A DNA stretch of 60,405 bases from Arenicellales bacterium (GCA_030066885.1 JASJAT010000052.1:1-60405); one strand, 5' to 3'. Positions 8,537-18,590 are shown, numbered from the stretch's first letter. Notes: generated from the sequence alone by a model not told the origin. Program-made: numbers and translations.

Positions 8537-10371
8537 TGGCTAAATTCAAAACGGTATTCGAGGACTGCGATATTCTCGTCGTCGGTGGCGGCATGGGTGG
8601 CACCGGAGCCGCCTACGAGGCGCGCTACTGGGGCCGTGACATGAAGATTGTCGTGGCCGAAAAAGCCAATATCGACCGCAGCGGCGCGGTGGCCCAAGGC
8701 CTCTACGCTATTAACTGCTACATGGGAATGCGCTGGGACGAGAACCAGCCTGAGGATCACGTCCACTATGCGCGCAACGACCTGATGGGGATGGTGCGCG
8801 AAGATCTGGCCTACGACATGGCGCGCCATGTGGATTCCAGTGTACATCAGTTCGACGAGTGGGGGCTGCCCTTCATGAAGGACCCGGAAACCGGGCGCTA
8901 CCAGCGTGAGGGCAAGTGGCAGGTCATGATCCACGGTGAAAGCTACAAGCCCATCGTGGCAGAAGCCGCTAAAAAGTCCGCCGACAAAATCTACAACCGG
9001 ATCATGGTGACCCATCTGCTGATGGACGAAAGCAAGCCCAATCGGGTAGCCGGGGCCGTGGGTTTCAACGTCCGTACTGGGGACTATCATGTTTTCCGGG
9101 CTAAAGCGGTGATCGTGGGCGCTGGCGGCGCATCACACATCTACAAGCCGCGGTCCGTAGGCGAAGGTATGGGCCGTACCTGGTACGCGCCATGGAGCAG
9201 TGCATCCGCATATGCGCTACCCATCCAGGTAGGCGCCAAGATGACCCAGATGGAAAATCGAATCGTGCTGTGTCGGTTCAAGGATGGTTACGGACCTGTA
9301 GGCGCGTATTTCCTCCATCTCAAAACCTACACCCAGAACGCCTACGGCGAGGAGTACGAGTCCAAGTGGTACGACCATACCAAGGAACTGGTGGGTGAGT
9401 ACATCGATCACCATCCGACACCGACCTGTCTGCGTAACCATGCTTTCCTCGAGGAGGTAAAAGCCGGCCGTGGCCCCATCCACATGGTCACGAAGGAGGC
9501 GTTTCAGGACCCTCATAAAGAGATCGTTGGTTGGGAGAATTTTCTCGGGATGACCATAGGGCAGGCCGTGGTTTGGGCCTCTCAGGACATTGACCCGAAA
9601 TACACCAACCCCGAGCTCACCACATCAGAGCCGTACGTCATGGGTTCCCACGCTACCTGTTCCGGCGCCTGGGCGAGCGGGCCCGAGGATCTTTCCCCAG
9701 ACGAGTATCAGTGGGGCTATAACCGGATGATGACCGTTGACGGTTTGTTTGGCGCGGGTGATGCCTTGGGCGGCACCGCCCACGCATTCTCCTCGGGGTC
9801 CTTTACCGAAGGCCGCCTGGCGGCGAAGGCTGCGGTGAAATACGTGCGGGATCTGAAGAACGAGCAGATCCGGGTCACTGAAAAGCAGTACGATGATCTC
9901 AAGGAGACCATCTATAAACCGCTGGAAACCTATAAGGTGGGGCGGAACGAAATCGTGGGTGGAACGGTGTCCCCCAGCTACCTGCTGCCGATTCAAGGTC
10001 TACAACGACTCGAGAAGCTGATGGATGAGTACGCTGGCGGTATCTCAGTCCACTATATGACCAATGAACCGCTGCTCCTGCGTGGCCTTGAGCTCATGAA
10101 AACCTTTCATGAAGACCTAGAGTATCTGGGGGCAGAGGACTTGCATCAGCTTCAACGGGCCTGGGAACTTAAGCACCGTGCCATTGCGTCGGAGTGCGTC
10201 CTTCAGCATACGCTGTTCCGCAAGGAAACCCGCTGGCCCGGGTACTACTATCGTGGCGACTACATGAAGCTAGACGACGAAAACTGGCATGTGCTGACCC
10301 TTTCCCGCTACGATCGGGAGAGTGGTGAGTGGGCGATGGAGAAAGCGCCCGTTTACCACCTCGTCGACTAA
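8536..10371 (+). CDS. aprA: adenylylsulfate reductase alpha subunit
   Basis: GGGMGG FAD motif, RSGAVAQGL, WQVMIHGESYKP, RFKDGYGPVG, ETRWPGYYYRGD; TAATG coupling to aprB. Confidence 0.98.
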   Translation: MAKFKTVFEDCDILVVGGGMGGTGAAYEARYWGRDMKIVVAEKANIDRSGAVAQGLYAINCYMGMRWDENQPEDHVHYARNDLMGMVREDLAYDMARHVDSSVHQFDEWGLPFMKDPETGRYQREGKWQVMIHGESYKPIVAEAAKKSADKIYNRIMVTHLLMDESKPNRVAGAVGFNVRTGDYHVFRAKAVIVGAGGASHIYKPRSVGEGMGRTWYAPWSSASAYALPIQVGAKMTQMENRIVLCRFKDGYGPVGAYFLHLKTYTQNAYGEEYESKWYDHTKELVGEYIDHHPTPTCLRNHAFLEEVKAGRGPIHMVTKEAFQDPHKEIVGWENFLGMTIGQAVVWASQDIDPKYTNPELTTSEPYVMGSHATCSGAWASGPEDLSPDEYQWGYNRMMTVDGLFGAGDALGGTAHAFSSGSFTEGRLAAKAAVKYVRDLKNEQIRVTEKQYDDLKETIYKPLETYKVGRNEIVGGTVSPSYLLPIQGLQRLEKLMDEYAGGISVHYMTNEPLLLRGLELMKTFHEDLEYLGAEDLHQLQRAWELKHRAIASECVLQHTLFRKETRWPGYYYRGDYMKLDDENWHVLTLSRYDRESGEWAMEKAPVYHLVD

Positions 10372-10390
10372 ACCAACCTTCGGGTCACCA

Positions 10391-10432
10391 CGGAAAGCGT
10401 TTGCGGAGTCCCGCAGGCGCTTTTCGCGTTTT
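10391..10432 (+). terminator. intrinsic terminator/stem-loop after aprA
   Basis: CGGAAAGCGTTTGCGG-agtc-CCGCAGGCGCTTTTCG followed by CGTTTT. Confidence 0.6.
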
Positions 10433-10462
10433 ATCCCTCGATGAGATTGGAGGATCAACACA

Positions 10463-12025
10463 TTGACTGAACCCGCATCGGTACGGGGCCGCCCATCATT
10501 ACGGCAGACCCTGCCTGGGCCCGATATTCAGGCCGAGATCGAAGCGGCGATCGTCAACCTGGGTGCTGAACGGCTTGATCTTGAGGCGCTGCTGATCCCC
10601 ATCAAAGATAAGGCCGTCTCGCGGCTGCACTTTAAGGGGCTACTGAAACAAGCCTGGGATCGGCTACAGAATCTGCGGGATTCCCTGCACCGATTCCCAC
10701 TGCAGGAGGTGGTGGATCCTCACGTTATCGATACTGTCAAGGAAGCCGACGCGGCGCTCGTCACCGGCCGTTCGTTTTCGATTGACGATGCGTCGATGGC
10801 CCTCGACGCTGCCTGCAAACGGAGTCGCGAGCCGCGGCAGGCAGCGCATATTGTCGCTGCGATTCAGGGGATGCAAGCGATGGTTGCTATGCTCAGGCAG
10901 GATTACCGCGGCGCGAGTGCGCGCTTTATCGGGGCAGCGGAGACGGCAGAACTAGATGCCGCCCTGCAATGGCACTATCGCCACGAAAGCGTTCTGGCGC
11001 TGGTCGATCTCGGCAGGGAATTCGACGACAGCGCAGCGTTGGAGGAGGCCATTTCACTACTGGAAAACGAAATCATGACGCTCGCCCGGGGAACGGGGCA
11101 TACCAGTCATCTGGCCGCGACCCAGAACTCACTCGGTAACGCTTGTGGCGTTCTGGGTCAACGTCAGCGGGGCACACGGAACCTGGAAAATGCGATCTCG
11201 GCCTACGAGGCCTCCCTCGAAAACCGGATTCGCGAAGAAGAGCCTTTAGACTGGGCGGCCACTCAGAACAATCTCGGTAACGCTCTGGGCATACTGGCGC
11301 ATAGACACAATGACGAGGAAATGTTGAGTAAGGCGGTGGAGGCCTTCAAACTGGCACTTGAGGAGCGAACGCAGAAACTGGCGCCGCAGGGATGGGCAAC
11401 CACAAAGAACAACCTGGCGGCGGTTCTCCAATCTCTGGGACAGCGCAACAAGGATGTCAAAATGCTGAAGCAGGCGGTGGAGGCTTACAAAGCGGTGCTG
11501 CAAATCTGGACGCGTGAACGGGTGCCCCTGGACTGGGCCACGACCATGAACAACCTGGGGACGGCGCTGAGACTGCTCGGTGAACAACGCAAAGGACCAA
11601 GAACGCTGGAACAGTCCGTGGCTGCCTATAACAGCGCCCTGTCGGTAAGGACTCGCAACCATCTACCGCAGGACTGGGCTATGACCCAAAACAATCTGGG
11701 AGCGGCGCTACAGAAACTGGCGGAAAGAGAGGAGAATCCGGAGACGCTGATCCGGGCTGTCGGTGCTTATGAAAGTGCGTTAATGGAGTTGGATCGGGAG
11801 CGGGTGCCCATGACCTGGGCGATGACCATGGGCAATCTCGCCGTCGCCCGTAAGACGCTGGCGGAAGTAACCGGGGACCGTGAATCCGCCGTTCAGGCGG
11901 TTGCAGAACTGGAGGCCGTGTGCGAAGTGTTCCGCGAACTGAGTCACGCCCAGTATTCTGAGCTCAGCATCGATCAGCTGGCCAAGGCGCGCAAATTGGT
12001 TAGTGCGCTCGCCGCAGCCGGGTAA
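10463..12025 (+). CDS. tetratricopeptide repeat protein
   Basis: About 46-aa repeats P.DWA.TQNNLG.AL...A.EAY..AL; TTG start with GGAGG RBS at 10449-10453. Confidence 0.85.
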   Translation: MTEPASVRGRPSLRQTLPGPDIQAEIEAAIVNLGAERLDLEALLIPIKDKAVSRLHFKGLLKQAWDRLQNLRDSLHRFPLQEVVDPHVIDTVKEADAALVTGRSFSIDDASMALDAACKRSREPRQAAHIVAAIQGMQAMVAMLRQDYRGASARFIGAAETAELDAALQWHYRHESVLALVDLGREFDDSAALEEAISLLENEIMTLARGTGHTSHLAATQNSLGNACGVLGQRQRGTRNLENAISAYEASLENRIREEEPLDWAATQNNLGNALGILAHRHNDEEMLSKAVEAFKLALEERTQKLAPQGWATTKNNLAAVLQSLGQRNKDVKMLKQAVEAYKAVLQIWTRERVPLDWATTMNNLGTALRLLGEQRKGPRTLEQSVAAYNSALSVRTRNHLPQDWAMTQNNLGAALQKLAEREENPETLIRAVGAYESALMELDRERVPMTWAMTMGNLAVARKTLAEVTGDRESAVQAVAELEAVCEVFRELSHAQYSELSIDQLAKARKLVSALAAAG

Positions 12026-12143
12026 CCAGGCTTCACTCTCAACTGACGATTGATGGCAGTCACGCTCCCGTGATTCCATTCGGGCTTGACAAAGAGAACG
12101 ACACAAAACACGCTGCCATGAACCGATATCGGGAGGTGGAGTG

Positions 12144-12788
12144 ATGACAACGACTGCATGGGTACTCAGAGGCACTGAATACGGCAATTGTAATTGTGAC
12201 TATGGGTGCCCTTGTCAATTCAATGGGCGACCTTCTTCACCCGATGGGGACTGTAGATATGCCCTGTTCACTCAGATCGACGAGGGTAATTACGGAAACG
12301 TGAACCTCGATGGACTACGGTTTGTCTGGTTGGGTGGCTGGCCTGGTGCGGTGCACGAAGGCAACGGGACAATTCAACTCATCATCGACGAACGCGCTAA
12401 TGAAGAGCAACGTGAGTCAATCCGCCATATTGTCTATAACGAGGACACTGACGAGCTACTGACTCACTATTCGATATTCTGTGCAATGTGCACGACGATC
12501 CATGATCCGATTGTCGCGCCTATTGAACTGGAGTTCGATATCGAGGCAAGGACAGCCCATGCTGAAATTCCCGGAATTGTTATTTCTGACGCTGAACCGG
12601 TGCGCAATCCGGTTACCGGTGAACCCCATCGTGCACAGATCGTGTTGCCAGAGGGGTTTGCTTCGACACTGCTAGAAACAGCTAGTGGAACAGTCAAAGC
12701 GACCGGGATTGTGTCCTTGGACTTTGCCGACACGTTCGCCAGTTTTTCTAAACTGCATATGACGGATCGGGGTATCGTTAGAGGTTGA
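12144..12788 (+). CDS. DUF1326-family Cys-rich putative metal-binding protein
   Basis: NCNCDYGCPC, WPGAVHEGNG, IDERA..EQR; GGAGG RBS. Confidence 0.8.
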   Translation: MTTTAWVLRGTEYGNCNCDYGCPCQFNGRPSSPDGDCRYALFTQIDEGNYGNVNLDGLRFVWLGGWPGAVHEGNGTIQLIIDERANEEQRESIRHIVYNEDTDELLTHYSIFCAMCTTIHDPIVAPIELEFDIEARTAHAEIPGIVISDAEPVRNPVTGEPHRAQIVLPEGFASTLLETASGTVKATGIVSLDFADTFASFSKLHMTDRGIVRG

Positions 12789-12934
12789 GTACACGCGCCA
12801 CATACTAGACAACAACTTCTCTAAAGCCGCGAATAACTCCTCCGGGCCGAACAAGAGAAATCACTGGTACTCCGCACCATATCTAATGATGGATGCCTCC
12901 TACCGGGTTGAGCTAACGAGGTTAAAGAATCCAG

Positions 12935-14107
12935 ATGACCGATTGGCACTATCGGGCTTTTTCAAAGGTTGAGCACAACGAGCGTATAACCCGCGCTAGA
13001 ACGCTCATGGCCAGTAAAGGGCTGGCCGGTTGTATATGCACATCTCCAGAGCTGCTTTACTATTTCACCGGTTACGAGGCGCATACGCATCATGCGATCG
13101 GTTCTCAGGCTATGGTAATGGCCGCGGAGCGGGACGAGCCTATTTTGATTTTGCGCGATGGTGATTTGCCACAGGCAGACGAGACCGTAGTAGTCGGCAG
13201 AATACACCCTTTCCGTCTGGGAGCTGTCGAACTGGGAATGTTGATCAAAGCGGCGGTATCCGAGCTGGGGCTGACCGGGAAACCTCTCGGGCTCGACGGA
13301 TCCGGCCCGACTATGAACGGTGAGTTAGCGCAATCATTGGAACAGGCATTGAGCGACAGTGAGTTGCACGACTGCTGGCGCCTGTTGGGGCGACTCCGAA
13401 CAGTACTCTCGGCTCAAGAAATTGTTTATTTGAAAGAAGCAACTGTCTACGCCAACGCGGGGATCGACGCATTTTACGAGACGGCACGCACTGGTATGTC
13501 GGAAATCGAACTGGCTGCGGAGATCGAGTATGCAATGCGCGCAGCTGGCAGTGACTATCCGGCTGTTCCGACCTGGATGGCCTCGGGCCCGCGGGCCTAT
13601 TGCCAACATGCCATGGCGACGCCCCGCAAACTAGAAAAAGGGGATTTGGTACACGCGGAATTTGCCGGCGTTGCCCGTCGTTATCACAGTGTGACAATGG
13701 GTTCTTTGGTAATGGGGGAACCCAACAAAAGAATGGTAGAAATGGCGGATGGCGCCAAGGCAGCCTTTGAAGCAGGTCTGGCTGCAGTATCTATAGGCCG
13801 ACGTATAGGAGATGCCGAGGCGGCATATCGGGAGTGTCTGAATGAAAGGGGTCTAGGTGATTGCTGTCCCATGCGCTTCGGTGTCGGAATCTCCGCCGCC
13901 TATCCTCCAGTATGGGAAAACCAGGTCACGATACAGTACGAAACGGAGGATCGGTTTGAGCTGGGCATGGCGTTTTATATACACGCGTCGATGCAGTCCA
14001 TGAGAGATCGTGAGGGGATGCTACTTGGAGGCTCTTTCCTTATGACCGAGGCAGGCCCAGAACGTTTAGATAAGGCCCGAATGGAACTCGTTACTACTCC
14101 AGTTTGA
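12935..14107 (+). CDS. M24 (pita-bread) family hydrolase, creatinase/ectoine-hydrolase-like
   Basis: Creatinase-N-type start (YYFTGY), SEIELAAEI, MASGPR..QH, GVGISAAYPPVWE; canonical dimetal ligands absent. Confidence 0.8.
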   Translation: MTDWHYRAFSKVEHNERITRARTLMASKGLAGCICTSPELLYYFTGYEAHTHHAIGSQAMVMAAERDEPILILRDGDLPQADETVVVGRIHPFRLGAVELGMLIKAAVSELGLTGKPLGLDGSGPTMNGELAQSLEQALSDSELHDCWRLLGRLRTVLSAQEIVYLKEATVYANAGIDAFYETARTGMSEIELAAEIEYAMRAAGSDYPAVPTWMASGPRAYCQHAMATPRKLEKGDLVHAEFAGVARRYHSVTMGSLVMGEPNKRMVEMADGAKAAFEAGLAAVSIGRRIGDAEAAYRECLNERGLGDCCPMRFGVGISAAYPPVWENQVTIQYETEDRFELGMAFYIHASMQSMRDREGMLLGGSFLMTEAGPERLDKARMELVTTPV

Positions 14108-14447
14108 AATCAACCACCCGACCTGACAACCTACGCGGCAATGGTGATGAACACGGTCTAATCCATGGTGATCTACACCTTCTAACCTATCCTAATGCGC
14201 TAAAAGTGGCCTAGCCACTTATTGGCTTCACCAACTGGTAGTTTCTTGCCCCAACCGGCTCTGCATGGGCCCATAGGAAGCATGCACCGAACCTGTATAT
14301 GTGTGATTCATGACAGTGTTGTTCACACTTTTCTATACCCATCACACCTTTTCCATTTCAGGTTTTTTAAAAGTGGACTGAACGATTTCTATTCGAATCA
14401 TTCGTCCTTGAGCCCTTTTAGAAAATATCGCCCACTTTATTTTCCAA

Positions 14448-14464
14448 TTGGCACGGTGTTTGCG
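14448..14464 (+). promoter_or_regulatory. sigma54 (-24/-12) promoter
   Basis: TTGGCACG-GTGT-TTGCG with GG-N10-GC spacing; candidate activator site TGT-N10-ACA at 14300-14315. Confidence 0.65.
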
Positions 14465-14529
14465 TTGTTTCGAATTGCGTTGCTTTTCGAAGGCAAGAGC
14501 ACACCAATAATGGGTGAGGTAGAAATACG

Positions 14530-15450
14530 ATGAAATTTGCAGACCACGGTTTGATAGCCAGCCAAACGGACCCGGCTATCAACGTCTTGATAGCGCCACT
14601 CCGCGAGGTCGTGCGAAAACTCTTCGTTAAGCTGGCTTCACCGATGGCGAGTGTGTACCGATGGTATGCCGTGTTTGCGAGACTCTGCACCATTCCTAAA
14701 GAAGATTCACTGTTTACTCGATTCAATCACGACGCGAATACCCATTCGATCTTGAGGGCAATCCAAGTATCACCTGCGGTGGTTTACCAAAATGGAAATC
14801 AATGGGTTGATTCTATAGACGGATCAAAATATCTACTGGATTGTGTTCCTTGTGCGGAATCGAATGAATTACCACCAGGTGATGATTTTTCTTGCCCGGG
14901 CAATCAGCAACGTTTTGCTGCTCAGACGGGAAAACTCTTTGCGAAAACTCGATCGGTGGCTCCATCTGATCGTGTTCTCCTCACGCTACTGATGACGGAT
15001 ATTGTCGGGTCGACCGACAAAGTCACAGAATTGGGAGATGAGAAATGGGGAGAGTTATTGCAACAACATAATCGAATGGTGCGCCGTAACATCGTTGCTT
15101 TCGAAGGGACCGAAGTAAAAACAACTGGGGATGGATTTCAAATCTCCTTTGATCTACCCACCCTAGCGATTCGTTGCGCAGAATCTATCCATCGAGATTT
15201 AGAGCCACTTGGAATGAGTATTCGTGCAGGTGTCCATACAGGTGAATATGTAAGGTGCGGCGATGAACTGAATGGTGTGGCAGTTCATTTGGCGGCCCGC
15301 ATCATGGACATTGGGAAATCAGGCGAAACCATTGTTTCAAGCACAGTGAAAGACCTTGTGGTTGGATCGGGAATCACTTTCTCAACCTTGGGCAACCACA
15401 TACTGAAGGGAATTCAGAATAAGTGGCTGTTATTTAGAGTGGAAGATTAG
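14530..15450 (+). CDS. class III adenylate/guanylate cyclase (LipJ-like) with eroded alpha/beta-hydrolase remnant
   Basis: LMTDIVGST, VKTTGDG, IRAGVHTGE, GVAVHLAARI, LKGI; start codon uncertain. Confidence 0.8.
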   Translation: MKFADHGLIASQTDPAINVLIAPLREVVRKLFVKLASPMASVYRWYAVFARLCTIPKEDSLFTRFNHDANTHSILRAIQVSPAVVYQNGNQWVDSIDGSKYLLDCVPCAESNELPPGDDFSCPGNQQRFAAQTGKLFAKTRSVAPSDRVLLTLLMTDIVGSTDKVTELGDEKWGELLQQHNRMVRRNIVAFEGTEVKTTGDGFQISFDLPTLAIRCAESIHRDLEPLGMSIRAGVHTGEYVRCGDELNGVAVHLAARIMDIGKSGETIVSSTVKDLVVGSGITFSTLGNHILKGIQNKWLLFRVED

Positions 15451-15472
15451 TTCTGCTGTAAACTGCAAAGAC

Positions 15473-16789
15473 TTATTTGACTAAAACTTCGGCTGGATAC
15501 AATACGATCTCAGGGAAGATCATGAGCAGGATGAGCCCGATGAACTGCAGGCCGCAGAACGGTAGGGCAGCGAGGAAAATATCACCCATGGTTATTTCCT
15601 TCGGCGCGACGGACTTGAGGTAGAACAACGCCGCGCCGACCGGCGGCGAGAGGTAGGCGATCTGCATGTTGACGTCGAACAGCACCCCGAACCAGATGAG
15701 GTCGAATCCCAGATCCTTGACGATGGGGATCACGACCGGCCCGGTGATCAGGAGGATCCCGAGCCAGTCCATAGGCACGCCCATGATGAGGTAGAAGACC
15801 TGGATGGAGATCAGGATCCCCCAGGGACCGAGTGGCAGGTCGAGGATGGTGTTCTCAACCAACTCGCCCCCGCCGGCGAGAGTGAACACGCTGCTGAACG
15901 TCGAGACGGCAAAGAAGATCCATAGAATCATGCAGGTCGAACGGGTGGAACGGAGCAGTGCATCCTTGAGGTTTTGCCAATTCAGCTGCCGGTGGATGGC
16001 GGCGCTGACCAACGCGCCGGCAGCACCGACGCCGGCCGCCTCGGTGGGGGTGGCTGCACCCGTGAAGATCGAGCCCAAAACGAGCAACACGAGGCTAAAC
16101 GGAATGATGATGCCCCTTAGCGCAATCAGCTTGTCACGGAGGGGGATATCACGCTCCTCGGGTGGTGCCTTCGGCGCGAGCTCGGGCTGCAGGGTGCTGC
16201 GGATCACGATGTAGCCGATATAGAGGGCGGATAACATCAGGCCGGCGCCTAGGCCCCCGGCGAACAGCTTGCCGATCGAGACGTTGGCGACCAGGCCGTA
16301 GACGATCAGCATCACCGACGGTGGGATGAGCTGGCCGAGGCCGCCGCCCGCCAGGATGCAGCCGAGCGCCAGGTATTTGTTGTAGCCGCGGTTGAGCATG
16401 GCCGGCAGGGCGATCAACCCCATCAGCACCTCGCCGGCGCCGATGATGCCGACCATGGCCGCGAGCACCATGGTCGCCAGGATCGTGCTGACCGCGAGCG
16501 ACCCGGGTATGCGGCCGGTCCACACGTGTATCGCGCCGAACAGTCGCTCGCCGACGCCGGAGCGCTCCAGCACGTTGGCCATAAAGATGAACAACGGGAT
16601 CGCCGCCAGGCTGAACTCGGTCATCTCGGTCCACACGCGCGAGACGACCAGGTAGAAGGCGTTTGGCCCCAGCACGAGCATGGTCATGATGACCGCCATC
16701 GACCCGCAGACAAAGGCGATCGGCGCCCCGGCGATCAGAAACAGCAGGAGCCCGCCGAACATCACGAGGGTGATTATCTCGACGCTCAT
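15473..16789 (-). CDS. dctM: TRAP transporter large permease
   Basis: AIPLFIFMA, GQLIPPS, ATPTEAAGVG, YLSPPVG. Confidence 0.93.
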   Translation of the reverse strand: MSVEIITLVMFGGLLLFLIAGAPIAFVCGSMAVIMTMLVLGPNAFYLVVSRVWTEMTEFSLAAIPLFIFMANVLERSGVGERLFGAIHVWTGRIPGSLAVSTILATMVLAAMVGIIGAGEVLMGLIALPAMLNRGYNKYLALGCILAGGGLGQLIPPSVMLIVYGLVANVSIGKLFAGGLGAGLMLSALYIGYIVIRSTLQPELAPKAPPEERDIPLRDKLIALRGIIIPFSLVLLVLGSIFTGAATPTEAAGVGAAGALVSAAIHRQLNWQNLKDALLRSTRSTCMILWIFFAVSTFSSVFTLAGGGELVENTILDLPLGPWGILISIQVFYLIMGVPMDWLGILLITGPVVIPIVKDLGFDLIWFGVLFDVNMQIAYLSPPVGAALFYLKSVAPKEITMGDIFLAALPFCGLQFIGLILLMIFPEIVLYPAEVLVK

Positions 16790-17334
16790 ATTTCGGGCTC
16801 GGTCTCGTCGGAGGGGCCAACGCCAAGGTCCTTACCGGTCACCAGCGCTCTGACGTCACGGATAAACTGCGCCAGGCCCTGAAGGAAGACGAGCAGTGCA
16901 CCCAGCGGGACCACGAACTTGTAGGGCCATATGATCGGGTTCCACAGCGATCCGCTGCGCTCGTTCTCGACCATCGAGTCCCAGAAGAATATAGTGCCGG
17001 TCCACAACAGCACGCCGACATAGAGGAAGAACAGGGGAAAATGCACGAACACGCGGGTGGCAGCCTGCCAGCGGGGCGGCAGGTAGCCGTAGACGGTGTC
17101 GACACTGATGTGGCCTCGGAGATAGTGGGTGTAGGCGCCGCCGACGATGAACAGGGTACCGGCGAACATGACGACCATCTCGGTCGACCAGGTCGTCGGC
17201 GCGTTGAACATGTAACGAGCGACGACCTCGAACACCATGACGCCGCAGATCGGCAGCAACAGAAAGGACACCACCTGCCCGGAGCGCAGGCTGAGGGTAT
17301 CGACACCGGCGAGCAGCCGGTCGAGTCGTGACAT
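16786..17334 (-). CDS. dctQ: TRAP transporter small permease
   Basis: 4 TM segments, EVVARY.FNAPT.W, GHISVD; start moved to ATG 17334. Confidence 0.9.
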   Translation of the reverse strand: MSRLDRLLAGVDTLSLRSGQVVSFLLLPICGVMVFEVVARYMFNAPTTWSTEMVVMFAGTLFIVGGAYTHYLRGHISVDTVYGYLPPRWQAATRVFVHFPLFFLYVGVLLWTGTIFFWDSMVENERSGSLWNPIIWPYKFVVPLGALLVFLQGLAQFIRDVRALVTGKDLGVGPSDETEPEI

Positions 17335-17400
17335 CGCTTTTAAGCTAATAGCAGCGGGAAAGCAGGGCGGCACCGCACGGTAGCCGCCCTGCTGGTCCGG

Positions 17401-18432
17401 CTACAACAGCCCGATCTTCTTCATGAAGGCTATTTGAGACTCGTAGACCTTTCTGGCGAGGTCAGATTCGCCGCCCCACTTCGCCCAGGCATCCTTGGCC
17501 ATGGTGCGGACGTCGATCATGTCCTGCTCGGCCCAAATCATGTGCTCGTCTCCTGCATCCTTGAACGCCTTCAATGCGTCGACATCGGCGACCGTCATGC
17601 TCTCCCACTGGTACCGCGACCAGTCGGCAACCGCGGTGTCGAAGACCGCTTTCAAGTCGTCGGGCAATGCGTCCCAGGCCTCCTGATCGACGAACACGTC
17701 GTCGACGCCGACCGGGCTGTGGAAGGAGGGATAGAGGAACGCGTCGGTCACCTCGTGGAAACCGACAGAGTAGTTGTCGGCAAGGCCGGTCCATTCACCG
17801 ACGTCGATGGTGCCCTTGTCCAGGGCCGAATAGACCTCGGACCCGGAGATGAACACCGGTGAACCACCCATGGCGGCGAATACGTCGGCCGGGATGCCCT
17901 CGATGGTGCGCACCTTGGGCCCCGCGTCGCGGAACTCGGCAAGCGAACGAAGCGGTTCCTTGAAGTGGAGAGACTCGCCGGGGCGAAGCGTGACGTTGAC
18001 GAAGTGGACGCCCTGTGTCGCGTAGACCTCCCGCGCGATCTCCATACCGCCGCCCTGCCTCAGCCAAGCGTCGTACTGCCAGCCCTGGTCGAAGCCGGCC
18101 GAGGCGTTACGGATGAAGACGAAGGCCGCGTTCTTGCCGGTCCAGTAGGCCGGCGACAGCTGGGCCGCCTCGAACGTTCCCGCGGCAACCGCGTCAAGCC
18201 CTTCTTTACTCTTGACGATGGAGTCGTTGGCAAACGGCTTGATGACCAGGCGCCCTCCGCTCATCTTCTCCACCTTGGGCACGAAGTAGTCCCGGAAAAT
18301 CTCGAACCCGGGGGTACCGGCCGGATGCAGGGACTGCATCTTCCATTCGATGGTTTCAGCTGCTGCGGGGCCCGACGCCATCATCGACAGGCCCAGCGCG
18401 ACGGTCGAAAACAGAATTGTCGGCATTTTCAT
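17401..18432 (-). CDS. dctP: TRAP transporter substrate-binding protein
   Basis: Signal peptide (AAA-ETIEWKMQS), KVRT, EVYSALDKGTID, WDALPDDLK; AGGAGG RBS before ATG 18432. Confidence 0.92.
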   Translation of the reverse strand: MKMPTILFSTVALGLSMMASGPAAAETIEWKMQSLHPAGTPGFEIFRDYFVPKVEKMSGGRLVIKPFANDSIVKSKEGLDAVAAGTFEAAQLSPAYWTGKNAAFVFIRNASAGFDQGWQYDAWLRQGGGMEIAREVYATQGVHFVNVTLRPGESLHFKEPLRSLAEFRDAGPKVRTIEGIPADVFAAMGGSPVFISGSEVYSALDKGTIDVGEWTGLADNYSVGFHEVTDAFLYPSFHSPVGVDDVFVDQEAWDALPDDLKAVFDTAVADWSRYQWESMTVADVDALKAFKDAGDEHMIWAEQDMIDVRTMAKDAWAKWGGESDLARKVYESQIAFMKKIGLL

Positions 18433-18590
18433 CGCTTTTCCTCCTTTGATGTGATTATTGATTAGCCACAACTACGCCTACACTATGTCGCGTTCCTGCT
18501 GCAATATCAACCTCTGGCCTGAAATGCCTTGTACCAATATTTTTTGATCAAGACTGCCCTTAGTCTTTTTAGGATTGCTAACAGATAAGC

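Noticed and set aside
11100-11850. Regularly spaced nucleotide repeats resembling an array
   Set aside because: They are the codons of the TPR repeats inside an intact ORF, not CRISPR.
15804-18465. Many overlapping Arg/Pro-rich ORFs within the TRAP genes
   Set aside because: Shadow frames expected in GC-rich coding DNA; no recognisable motifs.
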